In this document: in pieces, positions 29,349 to 37,797 of the stretch
Layout: every line of letters starts with the position of its first letter
Position numbering within the stretch: the stretch's first letter is position 1
Virus record (IMG/VR): IMGVR_UViG_3300025120_014916
Span: 72,410-136,409 of that record
Source of the DNA: a virus
Length of the DNA: 64,000 nucleotides
Direction: 5' to 3' (one strand)
Translations under genes and position numbers: made by a program
The notes under the pieces: model-generated
Told to the model about the DNA's origin: nothing
The model's input: only the letters and a program-made list of their open reading frames with translations
Database searches by the model: none

Positions 29349-30415
29349 AAAAAATCTTTATGCCTTGATATCTTTATTTTATCCAAAAACTCATTTAAAT
29401 TATCTCCTACACATAAGTGTGGGCATTTCTTTACGTCGAGTTTATTTAAAACTTCTTTTCTTTTTTTACCATGCCATATCTCATAAAAACTTTTAAATTT
29501 TATATTACCTAAGTAGCCTTCACTCTTACCAGTTAGAGAACAACATATATATAGATCGCCTGTTGCAGTAATTGTTGTCGACTTAAAAGATTGTGCATGA
29601 CAAACATTATAGCTTCTACATGTTCCTTGACCAGACAATATTTTTTTATATTTACCTTCATCAATTATTACCTTGAACTTATCATCTTCGTATGTCATAG
29701 CATCACAAAATATTCTATTTAATTCTTCAGAGTCTACAGACTTGTAATCGTATAAAAACCCGAAGCTAGGTCTTAACTGAGCATAGTCTAAACCACATAT
29801 TTTGCATAACTTGATAAATTTATATAATTCTCTATCCATTTCAGGATATTGATTTGTTATATAGCCTGCGCCTAATGTCACAGAAAGATTTTGTTTTGTT
29901 TTGATTCTAGCAAGAAGCTTCATGTTTCTTACTGTTAATGCAAAATTTGCTGTCTTTCCATGTGTTTTCTTATGTGTTTCAATGCTAAATGCATCAAGCG
30001 ATATTCTAATCCACTCAAACATGCATAATAATTCTTCCATAGGCCATTTATCAAATCTAGATCCGTTACATATAAGACCTATTTTAAAACCTTTTTCATG
30101 TGTTAGTCTAATTATTTTATCAAATTGCTTATGTGTCGTTGGTTCCCCACCGCCCGTATAATTAATACCTTTTACACCACATTTCTTAAGACTGTCTAAT
30201 AAACCTTCGAATAGGTCGAAGCTTAAACTATTGTTATCGTTGTGGATCAATTCATAATCAATGCACCCTGGACAGTCATGATTACAAACGTTTGTTAGAT
30301 CGATTTTAATATTAACCGGACCGGATGTGTCTCCATGCGCGTACCATTCAGCGTACTTAGCTGGATGATTTAACACCTTATTACCTTTTAAAAAACTCAT
30401 TTTATTAATACACAC
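29345..30415 (-). CDS. Radical SAM protein with a SPASM/Twitch domain
   Basis: DLTNVCNHDCPGC (CxxxCxxC), TGGGEPT, IRISLDA, C-terminal CHAQ..ATGDLYICC..GNI..SFYEIW..C. Confidence 0.9.
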   Translation of the reverse strand: MCINKMSFLKGNKVLNHPAKYAEWYAHGDTSGPVNIKIDLTNVCNHDCPGCIDYELIHNDNNSLSFDLFEGLLDSLKKCGVKGINYTGGGEPTTHKQFDKIIRLTHEKGFKIGLICNGSRFDKWPMEELLCMFEWIRISLDAFSIETHKKTHGKTANFALTVRNMKLLARIKTKQNLSVTLGAGYITNQYPEMDRELYKFIKLCKICGLDYAQLRPSFGFLYDYKSVDSEELNRIFCDAMTYEDDKFKVIIDEGKYKKILSGQGTCRSYNVCHAQSFKSTTITATGDLYICCSLTGKSEGYLGNIKFKSFYEIWHGKKRKEVLNKLDVKKCPHLCVGDNLNEFLDKIKISRHKDFL

Positions 30416-31337
30416 TCTTTAAATATTTAACAATTGCTTTAGGCGTCCAAAAATTTTCATAATACTCTCTACAATTATTACCATGATGTTTATAGTTTTT
30501 TATAACTGAGCCCAGCCTTTCAATCCAGTCATCATCATTTAAATTTATTTCCGGTATGTGATTTTTCCAAGTCAAACCGTTATCGTATGAATTCTTTCTT
30601 AGTACTATACAGTTACCTAGGTAACATTGATCAACCATCCTAGACGTATATTCTCCAATACCAGGAGGATTAATTACAACCTTGCAGTTTAAACTGGCTT
30701 TTATATATTCCTTATAGGGTAAACCAGCATGTAAAACTCTAAAATTTGTTTTCTTAAGACGGTTTATGATGTCTAATCTAGAATTATTAATATATTCTCC
30801 CATGTTTTTACTATCACCTGTTAAATTAAATTTTTTATGATCTGACCATGCTATTAAAGGGTCAGATTCGCTAGGTCTCGGGTAGTTGTATGGCTTCTCT
30901 TGGAAAAACACCCCTATGTCATATTCTTTTTCTACGACGTCGTACTTTTTGATTATTTCGTTTCTATTATTATAAAGTATGTCATAAAAATTTTTATTAA
31001 ATGACCACTTAAAAAATGGAAAAACCTTTCCATTGTTAGCTTCTGCTATATCTTTTATGTTTTTTGACCACTTGTTTGAATAAGCAGACTTAAAAAATAT
31101 AAAGGGTTTACCACTACTGTCTTTGATAACTCTCTTTATTCTTCCACAATATTCTTGTATGTTTATATCCTCATTGACACCATCAGAAGTGTCAATGAAG
31201 AAATTAATATCTTTCCCTTTAAAAACTGCAGTCTTAGGTATTAGCGTCTGATTTTTGTACGTGCTAACTAAACCTGATTTTAATAGTTCATTGTGTAAGA
31301 ATCTAAATCTTTCCCTATCGTAATATGCATCAAACAA
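30405..31337 (-). CDS. Putative glycosyltransferase (exostosin GT47 / CgeB-like C-terminal motif)
   Basis: YKEYIKASLNCKVVINPPGIGEYTSRMVDQCYLGNCIV. Confidence 0.55.
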   Translation of the reverse strand: MFDAYYDRERFRFLHNELLKSGLVSTYKNQTLIPKTAVFKGKDINFFIDTSDGVNEDINIQEYCGRIKRVIKDSSGKPFIFFKSAYSNKWSKNIKDIAEANNGKVFPFFKWSFNKNFYDILYNNRNEIIKKYDVVEKEYDIGVFFQEKPYNYPRPSESDPLIAWSDHKKFNLTGDSKNMGEYINNSRLDIINRLKKTNFRVLHAGLPYKEYIKASLNCKVVINPPGIGEYTSRMVDQCYLGNCIVLRKNSYDNGLTWKNHIPEINLNDDDWIERLGSVIKNYKHHGNNCREYYENFWTPKAIVKYLKSVY

Positions 31338-31339
31338 TT

Positions 31340-32035
31340 TTAGCCTCCTTTAAGAAAATCTTCATACAATCTAGAGGTTTTCTGGTGTATGTTTTCTGGG
31401 TCTTTTGATATATTATCAATTTGTTCTTTTTCTAGAAAACTATAGATTAATCTTATCGATTTTTTATCTTTATTTTCTGGAATGACAGCATGCAAACCCG
31501 ATGTATCAAAAAGTATCGCTTTACCTTTACTGGGTTTTACTATCCGTTGTTTTAAAAGTCCAAATATCTGCCTATCATATGTATTATCCGGAAAGATCAG
31601 CCTATTCGATCCTTCCAAGTAAGCTAGCCTACCATGATCTTTTTCACTCTCATCAAATATAGGATAATATATTATTTTAACACCTGCAGGTGCATGCCCT
31701 ATCAAGTTTCCCTTTTGATTATAATACGTATCCCTATGCCAATTCATATAGCTATTTTCATCTTCAACAATTCTGATCTGGATGTGAAACAAAGTTAAGT
31801 CTCTTAGCGTAGCCTTTCTAATTGTTGATTTTATATCGTTTTTCTTCAAAACGTTTAAAAAACAAGGATCATATGAAATTACATTCGGTCTTAAATCATA
31901 AGTTTTGTTATACTTTGATTTAAGAAAATAATCATCTTTTACTTTAAGCTCTAAAATTTCACTTAGGATATCTTCTAGTAATTCATCTTGGAAGTCGACA
32001 TCAGTTATACCACTTTTATAAAATGACTTGTACAT
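31340..32035 (-). CDS. 2OG-Fe(II) oxygenase / PhyH-like protein
   Basis: WHRD (HxD), GRLAYLEGSN, ILFDTSGLHAV, RLIYSF. Confidence 0.65.
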   Translation of the reverse strand: MYKSFYKSGITDVDFQDELLEDILSEILELKVKDDYFLKSKYNKTYDLRPNVISYDPCFLNVLKKNDIKSTIRKATLRDLTLFHIQIRIVEDENSYMNWHRDTYYNQKGNLIGHAPAGVKIIYYPIFDESEKDHGRLAYLEGSNRLIFPDNTYDRQIFGLLKQRIVKPSKGKAILFDTSGLHAVIPENKDKKSIRLIYSFLEKEQIDNISKDPENIHQKTSRLYEDFLKGG

Positions 32036-32162
32036 TTAAACACTCTTTTTTCTAATAACGATTAGATATATTCTTAAAAATATATATTTCTAAGTAACCG
32101 TGCTGATTTTTATTAGTTTTTAGATTTCTTTTATTAAAAATTTTAGTTAGTTTTTTCACTTT

Positions 32163-32879
32163 TTACGCCTTATTATACTTTGATACTAAAACTTGACCGT
32201 AGTCTATTTGATCGTCAGGAATCCTTCTATCATCAAAAAATATTCTTCTGTCCATGATTATTAATTCTTTTTTATAGTCTTTGATATCATCAATAACTCT
32301 TGAACACTCAATATCTTTTTGATTTTTTGTCGGCATATGATAGTCATCAAATAGAACAAATTTTTTAAAATGTGTTTTTGCATATTCCCAATCATTTTTT
32401 ACTGCTTCGTACTTGTGATCACCATCAATATATACAAAGTCGAATAATTTATCTGGATTTGATTTATAATATTCATCTCCTGTGCTTTTTACAAAATTAA
32501 TTTTTTCGAACCATTCACGTGGAAATATTTTAGTGAGTTGTTGTAGAAATTCTTCGTTTAAATTGGGATCAACTGTTGTGATTTGGCCTGCAATACCGTG
32601 ATCACACATTGCTTTTGCCATACACATTGTCGCATATCCTCTACCAAAACCTATTTCTAGTACAGATTCGAACTCTAACTTTCTTAAAAGGTGATACATT
32701 AATATTCCTCTTTCATAGTTAGGCCTAAAAAAACAACCTGCGTTTTTATATTGCGCTTTGTCAGGTGTTCGGTTTTTTTTTGCTGTGTACTCGCCAATAA
32801 CATCAAAGTCACCTAATGAAATGTCTTCTAAGAAAACTCCCATATTTTTTAACTTTTTCTGGATCATGATTTGTTTCAT
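32163..32879 (-). CDS. Class I SAM methyltransferase (Methyltransf_24-like)
   Basis: VLEIGFGRGYAT, TTVD, FDFVYIDGDHKYEAVKND, LFDDY. Confidence 0.8.
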   Translation of the reverse strand: MKQIMIQKKLKNMGVFLEDISLGDFDVIGEYTAKKNRTPDKAQYKNAGCFFRPNYERGILMYHLLRKLEFESVLEIGFGRGYATMCMAKAMCDHGIAGQITTVDPNLNEEFLQQLTKIFPREWFEKINFVKSTGDEYYKSNPDKLFDFVYIDGDHKYEAVKNDWEYAKTHFKKFVLFDDYHMPTKNQKDIECSRVIDDIKDYKKELIIMDRRIFFDDRRIPDDQIDYGQVLVSKYNKA

Positions 32880-33811
32880 TTTATTATCTCCTTAAAATAT
32901 TCATCGTAGCTGTTAATATGCAATGTGTCAATCAGGTGTTTGACATTGTTAAAATTTTCATTTACACTATCAGCGACAATATTTAATTTTTTGTTAGTGA
33001 TTTTATCTTCTTTATTATACACAGTGTTTGCAGATAGTAAATTATATTGGCCGACTGGGGTTGTGATGATTGGTTTTTTAAGATAGGCACACTCAAATAT
33101 TGCCTGTGGGCCGCCTTCGCATCTTGAACTTACAATGTACAAATCTAAAGCATTATATAATTGATTTACCTTTTCATTATCAGGTAATTCAAAATATGTG
33201 TATGGTATTCCTCGTTTCTCCAACTCAACAATCACATATTGCCTTCGCCATCCTGCTAAAATAACATGAACATTCTTGAATTTAGATATATCAGATACTT
33301 TGTCAACAAAAATATCCGGCCCCTTTTCAAGCTTAGGTGTTTTTAAATCTGACCCTTCTGTATCTCTTTGAAAACTACCGATCAAGTATTTGTCTTGTGG
33401 TAATCTTAATAATTTTTTAATTAAATTAGTGTCAATCTCTTTCCATATATCAGTATTAATCCAGTGAGGAATAATCTTGACAGGCTTTTTAGAAAGAGAC
33501 TGTATTAGCTTTTTAGTCCCTTCATTGTAGGTTAAATAATGGTCTACAATCTTGTCTCTTATTAAAAAATTTGCTTTTCTTTCCTTATCAAATTTCCATG
33601 GTACTTCATGGTGAATTGTACAAACAACTGTATTTTTTTGGAGAACATGTACAGGTATTTGATTCCAACACCAGCTACCTAGAAGCCATATTATTTTTGT
33701 ATCGGAGTCAATAGTATCAAAACTAACATCAAAGCTTGACGTTGACTTAAACTCGTGACCCATCCTGTCAACAATCCAGCCTTCACGTGGTACATGACAA
33801 AATAATTTCAT
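32876..33811 (-). CDS. Glycosyltransferase, GT4/GT-B
   Basis: EKGPDIF, LYNALDLYIVSSRCEGGPQAIFEC. Confidence 0.82.
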   Translation of the reverse strand: MKLFCHVPREGWIVDRMGHEFKSTSSFDVSFDTIDSDTKIIWLLGSWCWNQIPVHVLQKNTVVCTIHHEVPWKFDKERKANFLIRDKIVDHYLTYNEGTKKLIQSLSKKPVKIIPHWINTDIWKEIDTNLIKKLLRLPQDKYLIGSFQRDTEGSDLKTPKLEKGPDIFVDKVSDISKFKNVHVILAGWRRQYVIVELEKRGIPYTYFELPDNEKVNQLYNALDLYIVSSRCEGGPQAIFECAYLKKPIITTPVGQYNLLSANTVYNKEDKITNKKLNIVADSVNENFNNVKHLIDTLHINSYDEYFKEIIK

Positions 33812-34764
33812 AATATATCTCCCATAACATCACAATAAGCATTAATGCACTGTTCGAAACTTGTTGCTCTTTTATTTGTTTCTTTATCTTTAAAGTCACT
33901 ACGAATTACTACTTCTTTTGTCTTGCTAAATTCCATTTGTGGCGGATTATACAATTCGCAAGGTTTAAAATCCCACTCAGCTTCTAAAATAATAATTCCA
34001 TTATCAACAACTTCATGAGTCCCACCCGTAGAAGAACATATTATTTTGCAACCTGCAGCTTGGGCATCAACTACAACGTTTGGGCAATGATCAAGATATG
34101 CTAAGTGAACAAACGTTGTTGATCTGTGGTATAAGCAGATTAACTGTGGGTAATTTAACTTTCCTAAGTAATGTATTCTAGCACCTAGACTGGTATAGTA
34201 CTCTGATTTGTCACCTCCTAAATCTCCCGCTATAGCAAAAACAGCATTGTCAGGGGCATGATCTAAAAAATAACGAACATTGTCTTTTAATCTTTTATGA
34301 GGTCGCCAGGATGCAGCGCAAGACCAAACTTCTTTATCTTTTGGCCATGGCCAATCTATTTTCTTACTTAACTTCAGCACATCGGGATGACTAATTATTT
34401 GAGGATCTGCCGCGTTATGTATTACATGTCCGTTTTCATGAGGACCAAACCAAGATTCAGTTAATTTTTTGTTAAAATTAGATTGAAATATCACAGCATC
34501 TGCATTTTCATATGCAAACTTAATTGGTGCATTCTGTCTATTATAGTCTTGATCAGAATTAAACCATATACCATCCAAACGAAGAACCATAGGTTTAACC
34601 TTATGCACTTGCTGTTGAATTAAACAGAATTCAACGTCAGCATCCGATTGATTATTTGTAATGCTTACATCTTTGTTTTTAATGAGTGAATTAAATAATG
34701 TTCTAGAAAACTTATTAGGACCGCTATTAGATTCAGGATTAAAGTTGTGCGTAAAAACTTTCAT
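33808..34764 (-). CDS. Glycosyltransferase, GT4/GT-B
   Basis: SGPNKF, WRPHKRL, HLAYLDHCPNVVVDAQAAGCKIICSSTGGTHE. Confidence 0.85.
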   Translation of the reverse strand: MKVFTHNFNPESNSGPNKFSRTLFNSLIKNKDVSITNNQSDADVEFCLIQQQVHKVKPMVLRLDGIWFNSDQDYNRQNAPIKFAYENADAVIFQSNFNKKLTESWFGPHENGHVIHNAADPQIISHPDVLKLSKKIDWPWPKDKEVWSCAASWRPHKRLKDNVRYFLDHAPDNAVFAIAGDLGGDKSEYYTSLGARIHYLGKLNYPQLICLYHRSTTFVHLAYLDHCPNVVVDAQAAGCKIICSSTGGTHEVVDNGIIILEAEWDFKPCELYNPPQMEFSKTKEVVIRSDFKDKETNKRATSFEQCINAYCDVMGDIL

Positions 34765-35102
34765 CTTTCATAATCATCCGCTAATCTAACTACATCTTCT
34801 AATTCTGGTGTGCTAACTTCTAAAAGTCTGGTTGGCTGATTGCCTCTTGGAGCTCCAAATCTATGAACCTGCCCTGGTTTGACGTGATAAACTGTGCCTT
34901 TATTGAAAATAAATTTACCAGTTTCGTCGTCAGACACCCATACTATTAGTTTTCCTTCTAGAACATATATAGTTTCTTCTTTTTTTTCATGATACTGTAG
35001 ACTTAGCCTGTGGTTCGGCAGTATTGTTAGGATTTTACCTACATATTTATCTGTTTCTGCCCATATTTCTTCGTATCCCCACGGTTTCTCAATTTTTCTC
35101 AT
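34761..35102 (-). CDS. Cupin protein (mannose-6-phosphate isomerase type II C-terminal-like)
   Basis: KPWGYE, RLSLQYHEKKEETIYVLEG, PGQVHR, LLEVST. Confidence 0.85.
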   Translation of the reverse strand: MRKIEKPWGYEEIWAETDKYVGKILTILPNHRLSLQYHEKKEETIYVLEGKLIVWVSDDETGKFIFNKGTVYHVKPGQVHRFGAPRGNQPTRLLEVSTPELEDVVRLADDYER

Positions 35103-35809
35103 TTAATAAAACCTCTTGCTCTTACTAGCCTAACTGTGTCCATCTGTTCTTTTTCGCTTAATAGTCTTACCGGTATACTTTTTGAATTAATTCTATAAAG
35201 GTAGCATATTTCATTAATAAATTTTCTTTTACTACTTACACTTAGAAGCGGTAAATAAAGAGCCTGGTCGTATCCTCGCTTAAACCATTTTCCGTCTAGA
35301 TCTTTAAAATTATCATCACTAATATTGGCTAATATGTCTGCCCGCCATGTTTTTAAATGAGAACTACACCAAGAAAACTCATAAGGGTTGATACCTTCAG
35401 GCAATCCTCTTGAAATATTCATTCCATTAATGTCCCAAGTATGAGAAGTCCAAGCTGTTCCTAGTTCGTCGTCTTTGTAAGTATTTAATAGAAGCTCAAC
35501 TGTATTCTCGTTGCAAAGAGAATCATCACCGTCTATATTTGCTATTATTACATCAGAGGTAGTCTGATACTCTCTTGCTACTTTAATGACATTTTTAAGG
35601 GCCCATCTTTTTTCTTGATTTTTTCTGATTTGAAAATGGTCATCATTTCGAGTTAACTCACAAGCAACATTAAAACTATTATCTGTCGACATGTCATCAA
35701 TTAATATATGATACCAGTTATCATTTGTTTGTTCTTTCATTGATTGAATTAGATCAGGAAGATGTTCTGATGCGTTATACATCGGTGTTATAAATACAAC
35801 TTTTTTCAT
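35099..35809 (-). CDS. Glycosyltransferase, GT2/GT-A
   Basis: ITPMYNA, ILIDDMSTD, NIDGDD, DQALY. Confidence 0.88.
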   Translation of the reverse strand: MKKVVFITPMYNASEHLPDLIQSMKEQTNDNWYHILIDDMSTDNSFNVACELTRNDDHFQIRKNQEKRWALKNVIKVAREYQTTSDVIIANIDGDDSLCNENTVELLLNTYKDDELGTAWTSHTWDINGMNISRGLPEGINPYEFSWCSSHLKTWRADILANISDDNFKDLDGKWFKRGYDQALYLPLLSVSSKRKFINEICYLYRINSKSIPVRLLSEKEQMDTVRLVRARGFIK

Positions 35810-37728
35810 TATTCTACTCCTCTACTTGCCAGCCAGGCTTTCATTGCTTTAGGGTGATCTTTGTTTATTTTCAGCCATGGTGTAGGTTTGTTAAAATCTA
35901 CTCTAGAATGGAAAATCCACCCACCTATTTCTGTTTCCATTCTTTCCGCGAGACTAGTGATATCTTTATCAGACACATCTGACCATTTTCTATCAAAAAA
36001 CATATTATTTTCTGGGATATCTTCTGTGATCTTATTGTAAAGACTGGTCCAGTGTTTGCTCCAGTAATTTTTATAAGTATGTACCTTTCTTTCAATATCA
36101 AACCACGAATAATGGTAGATTGTTGGTAGTTCTGTTATTGCTGAATTAATAAAATTTTCATAATGTGATAAATTATCTTTTCTAAATTCTAAGTTTTCCA
36201 TGATTTCATGTCTAAACTTTGCATGATCAGGTGTATAGAAGTTCATATGAGGTATAGGTTCATAATTATCAGTGTGAATATAGTCACATCCGTCTGATCC
36301 TAATGAGAAAACATTTCCATTTTCATCATATTTTCTATGTTGTGCAGGTATCCCGTGAGTTATGTGGGTATCATTTCTAGAAAGCCTCCATTTCCAAGGG
36401 TTGACATCAACTCGAACTTTTCCTTGCTTGCCCCAATAATCAATGATAGGTAAGCAAACAATTTTTACTGATTTAGGGATGGTTCTGGCTAGTCTGCTTA
36501 CCTTTTCATAGTCATCTTCATGTATAACTTCGTCGATATCTTGTTGCCAACACCAGTCTTTAGTGCATAGTGTTCTTGCAATTGCCTTTTGCTGTCCGTC
36601 AAATACTGCAAATCTATGGTCGTTCCAGTCTCTTTCAAACTGGTATACTTTTAATTTGCCTTTATTTTCTTCTGCTAAGTAATTTAAAGCTTCCCAAGTT
36701 CCGTCTTTTGAACCTCCGTCAACAACGATAACTTCGTCACAAAATGCTAGCATTGATTCAATAGATGCTTGCCATGGATAATCAGACTCAATTACATCTT
36801 TTGTTGTTGTGTAGCCGCTAATACTGACCGGTCGTTCTATATGTTCTGTTATTTTATTCCAAAATCTATTGTGTCCTTCTAAAAGATACATTTCAATAAA
36901 TTCTCTGTCTTTGTTAAACCACACTTCATTAGCATGTTGAACATTTTCATTAAGAATTAATTCTAGACCTAAAAGTTTTGCTTCAATGACTAGTCTAGGA
37001 CACGTGTCATGACCAAGTGGCTGAGAAACCAAACCTTTGAACTCTGAGAGTCTTAGAAGTAAATCGCTATATGATAGTCCACCTAGTAACTCGTAAGCCT
37101 CTCCTCGATCATCTAGGTAGCTTTTAGATTCATCTACACCTTTGATCCATGAATTGCCATCAACAACAGCCCACTTATCATTATTTCCAAAAGCTTTTCT
37201 GGATCGATTGAGACCTTCTATTTGTTCTAGATCTTTAATATTAAAAACAGAGGATAAAACTGATGAGTTTTCTGATAAGAAAGGAAATCTTTCTAGATAT
37301 AATTCACGTTGTTTTTTGGACATGTAAAATAAATGTTCAGCAGCTGTATAAAAAGCGGAAATAATTTTTCCTACTTGTTGCTGATGACAGTCACAATCGT
37401 TACCAGTCTCTCTTTTATGTAATTCCAAAGATCTGTATTGACAGAACTTATAGTCATATTCTACAACAAAGTAGTAGAGGTTCTGGACAATGAAAGGAAT
37501 AAGATTATGGTCCATTCCTCGAAAATTAAAGAAGACCCATGTTTTTTGGGCCCCTTGTTGAATCTGTTGCTGTGTTAGGTCACTTGATTTTATGCAATGG
37601 GTTTTATATGGTGCTGTTTGGAGAAGTGCATCTGTTGTTAATTCTCCTCCTCCTGCATATTCCTCACGGAACATATCAGCTACAAAAATGATCCCTGCCG
37701 CTTCAAATGAAGTCAAATTCTGTGTCAT
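35809..37728 (-). CDS. Two-domain glycosyltransferase (N-terminal GT-B-like plus C-terminal GT2)
   Basis: N: AGGGELT...DTCPRLVIEAKLLG; C: SMLAFCDEVIVVDGGSKDGT...WQQDIDE. Confidence 0.75.
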   Translation of the reverse strand: MTQNLTSFEAAGIIFVADMFREEYAGGGELTTDALLQTAPYKTHCIKSSDLTQQQIQQGAQKTWVFFNFRGMDHNLIPFIVQNLYYFVVEYDYKFCQYRSLELHKRETGNDCDCHQQQVGKIISAFYTAAEHLFYMSKKQRELYLERFPFLSENSSVLSSVFNIKDLEQIEGLNRSRKAFGNNDKWAVVDGNSWIKGVDESKSYLDDRGEAYELLGGLSYSDLLLRLSEFKGLVSQPLGHDTCPRLVIEAKLLGLELILNENVQHANEVWFNKDREFIEMYLLEGHNRFWNKITEHIERPVSISGYTTTKDVIESDYPWQASIESMLAFCDEVIVVDGGSKDGTWEALNYLAEENKGKLKVYQFERDWNDHRFAVFDGQQKAIARTLCTKDWCWQQDIDEVIHEDDYEKVSRLARTIPKSVKIVCLPIIDYWGKQGKVRVDVNPWKWRLSRNDTHITHGIPAQHRKYDENGNVFSLGSDGCDYIHTDNYEPIPHMNFYTPDHAKFRHEIMENLEFRKDNLSHYENFINSAITELPTIYHYSWFDIERKVHTYKNYWSKHWTSLYNKITEDIPENNMFFDRKWSDVSDKDITSLAERMETEIGGWIFHSRVDFNKPTPWLKINKDHPKAMKAWLASRGVE

Positions 37729-37797
37729 ATGTATACTCCTGTTTCTAGAAGTATACTATGATAAAAGATAATTTATAATATCAAGTCAGTATTAATA

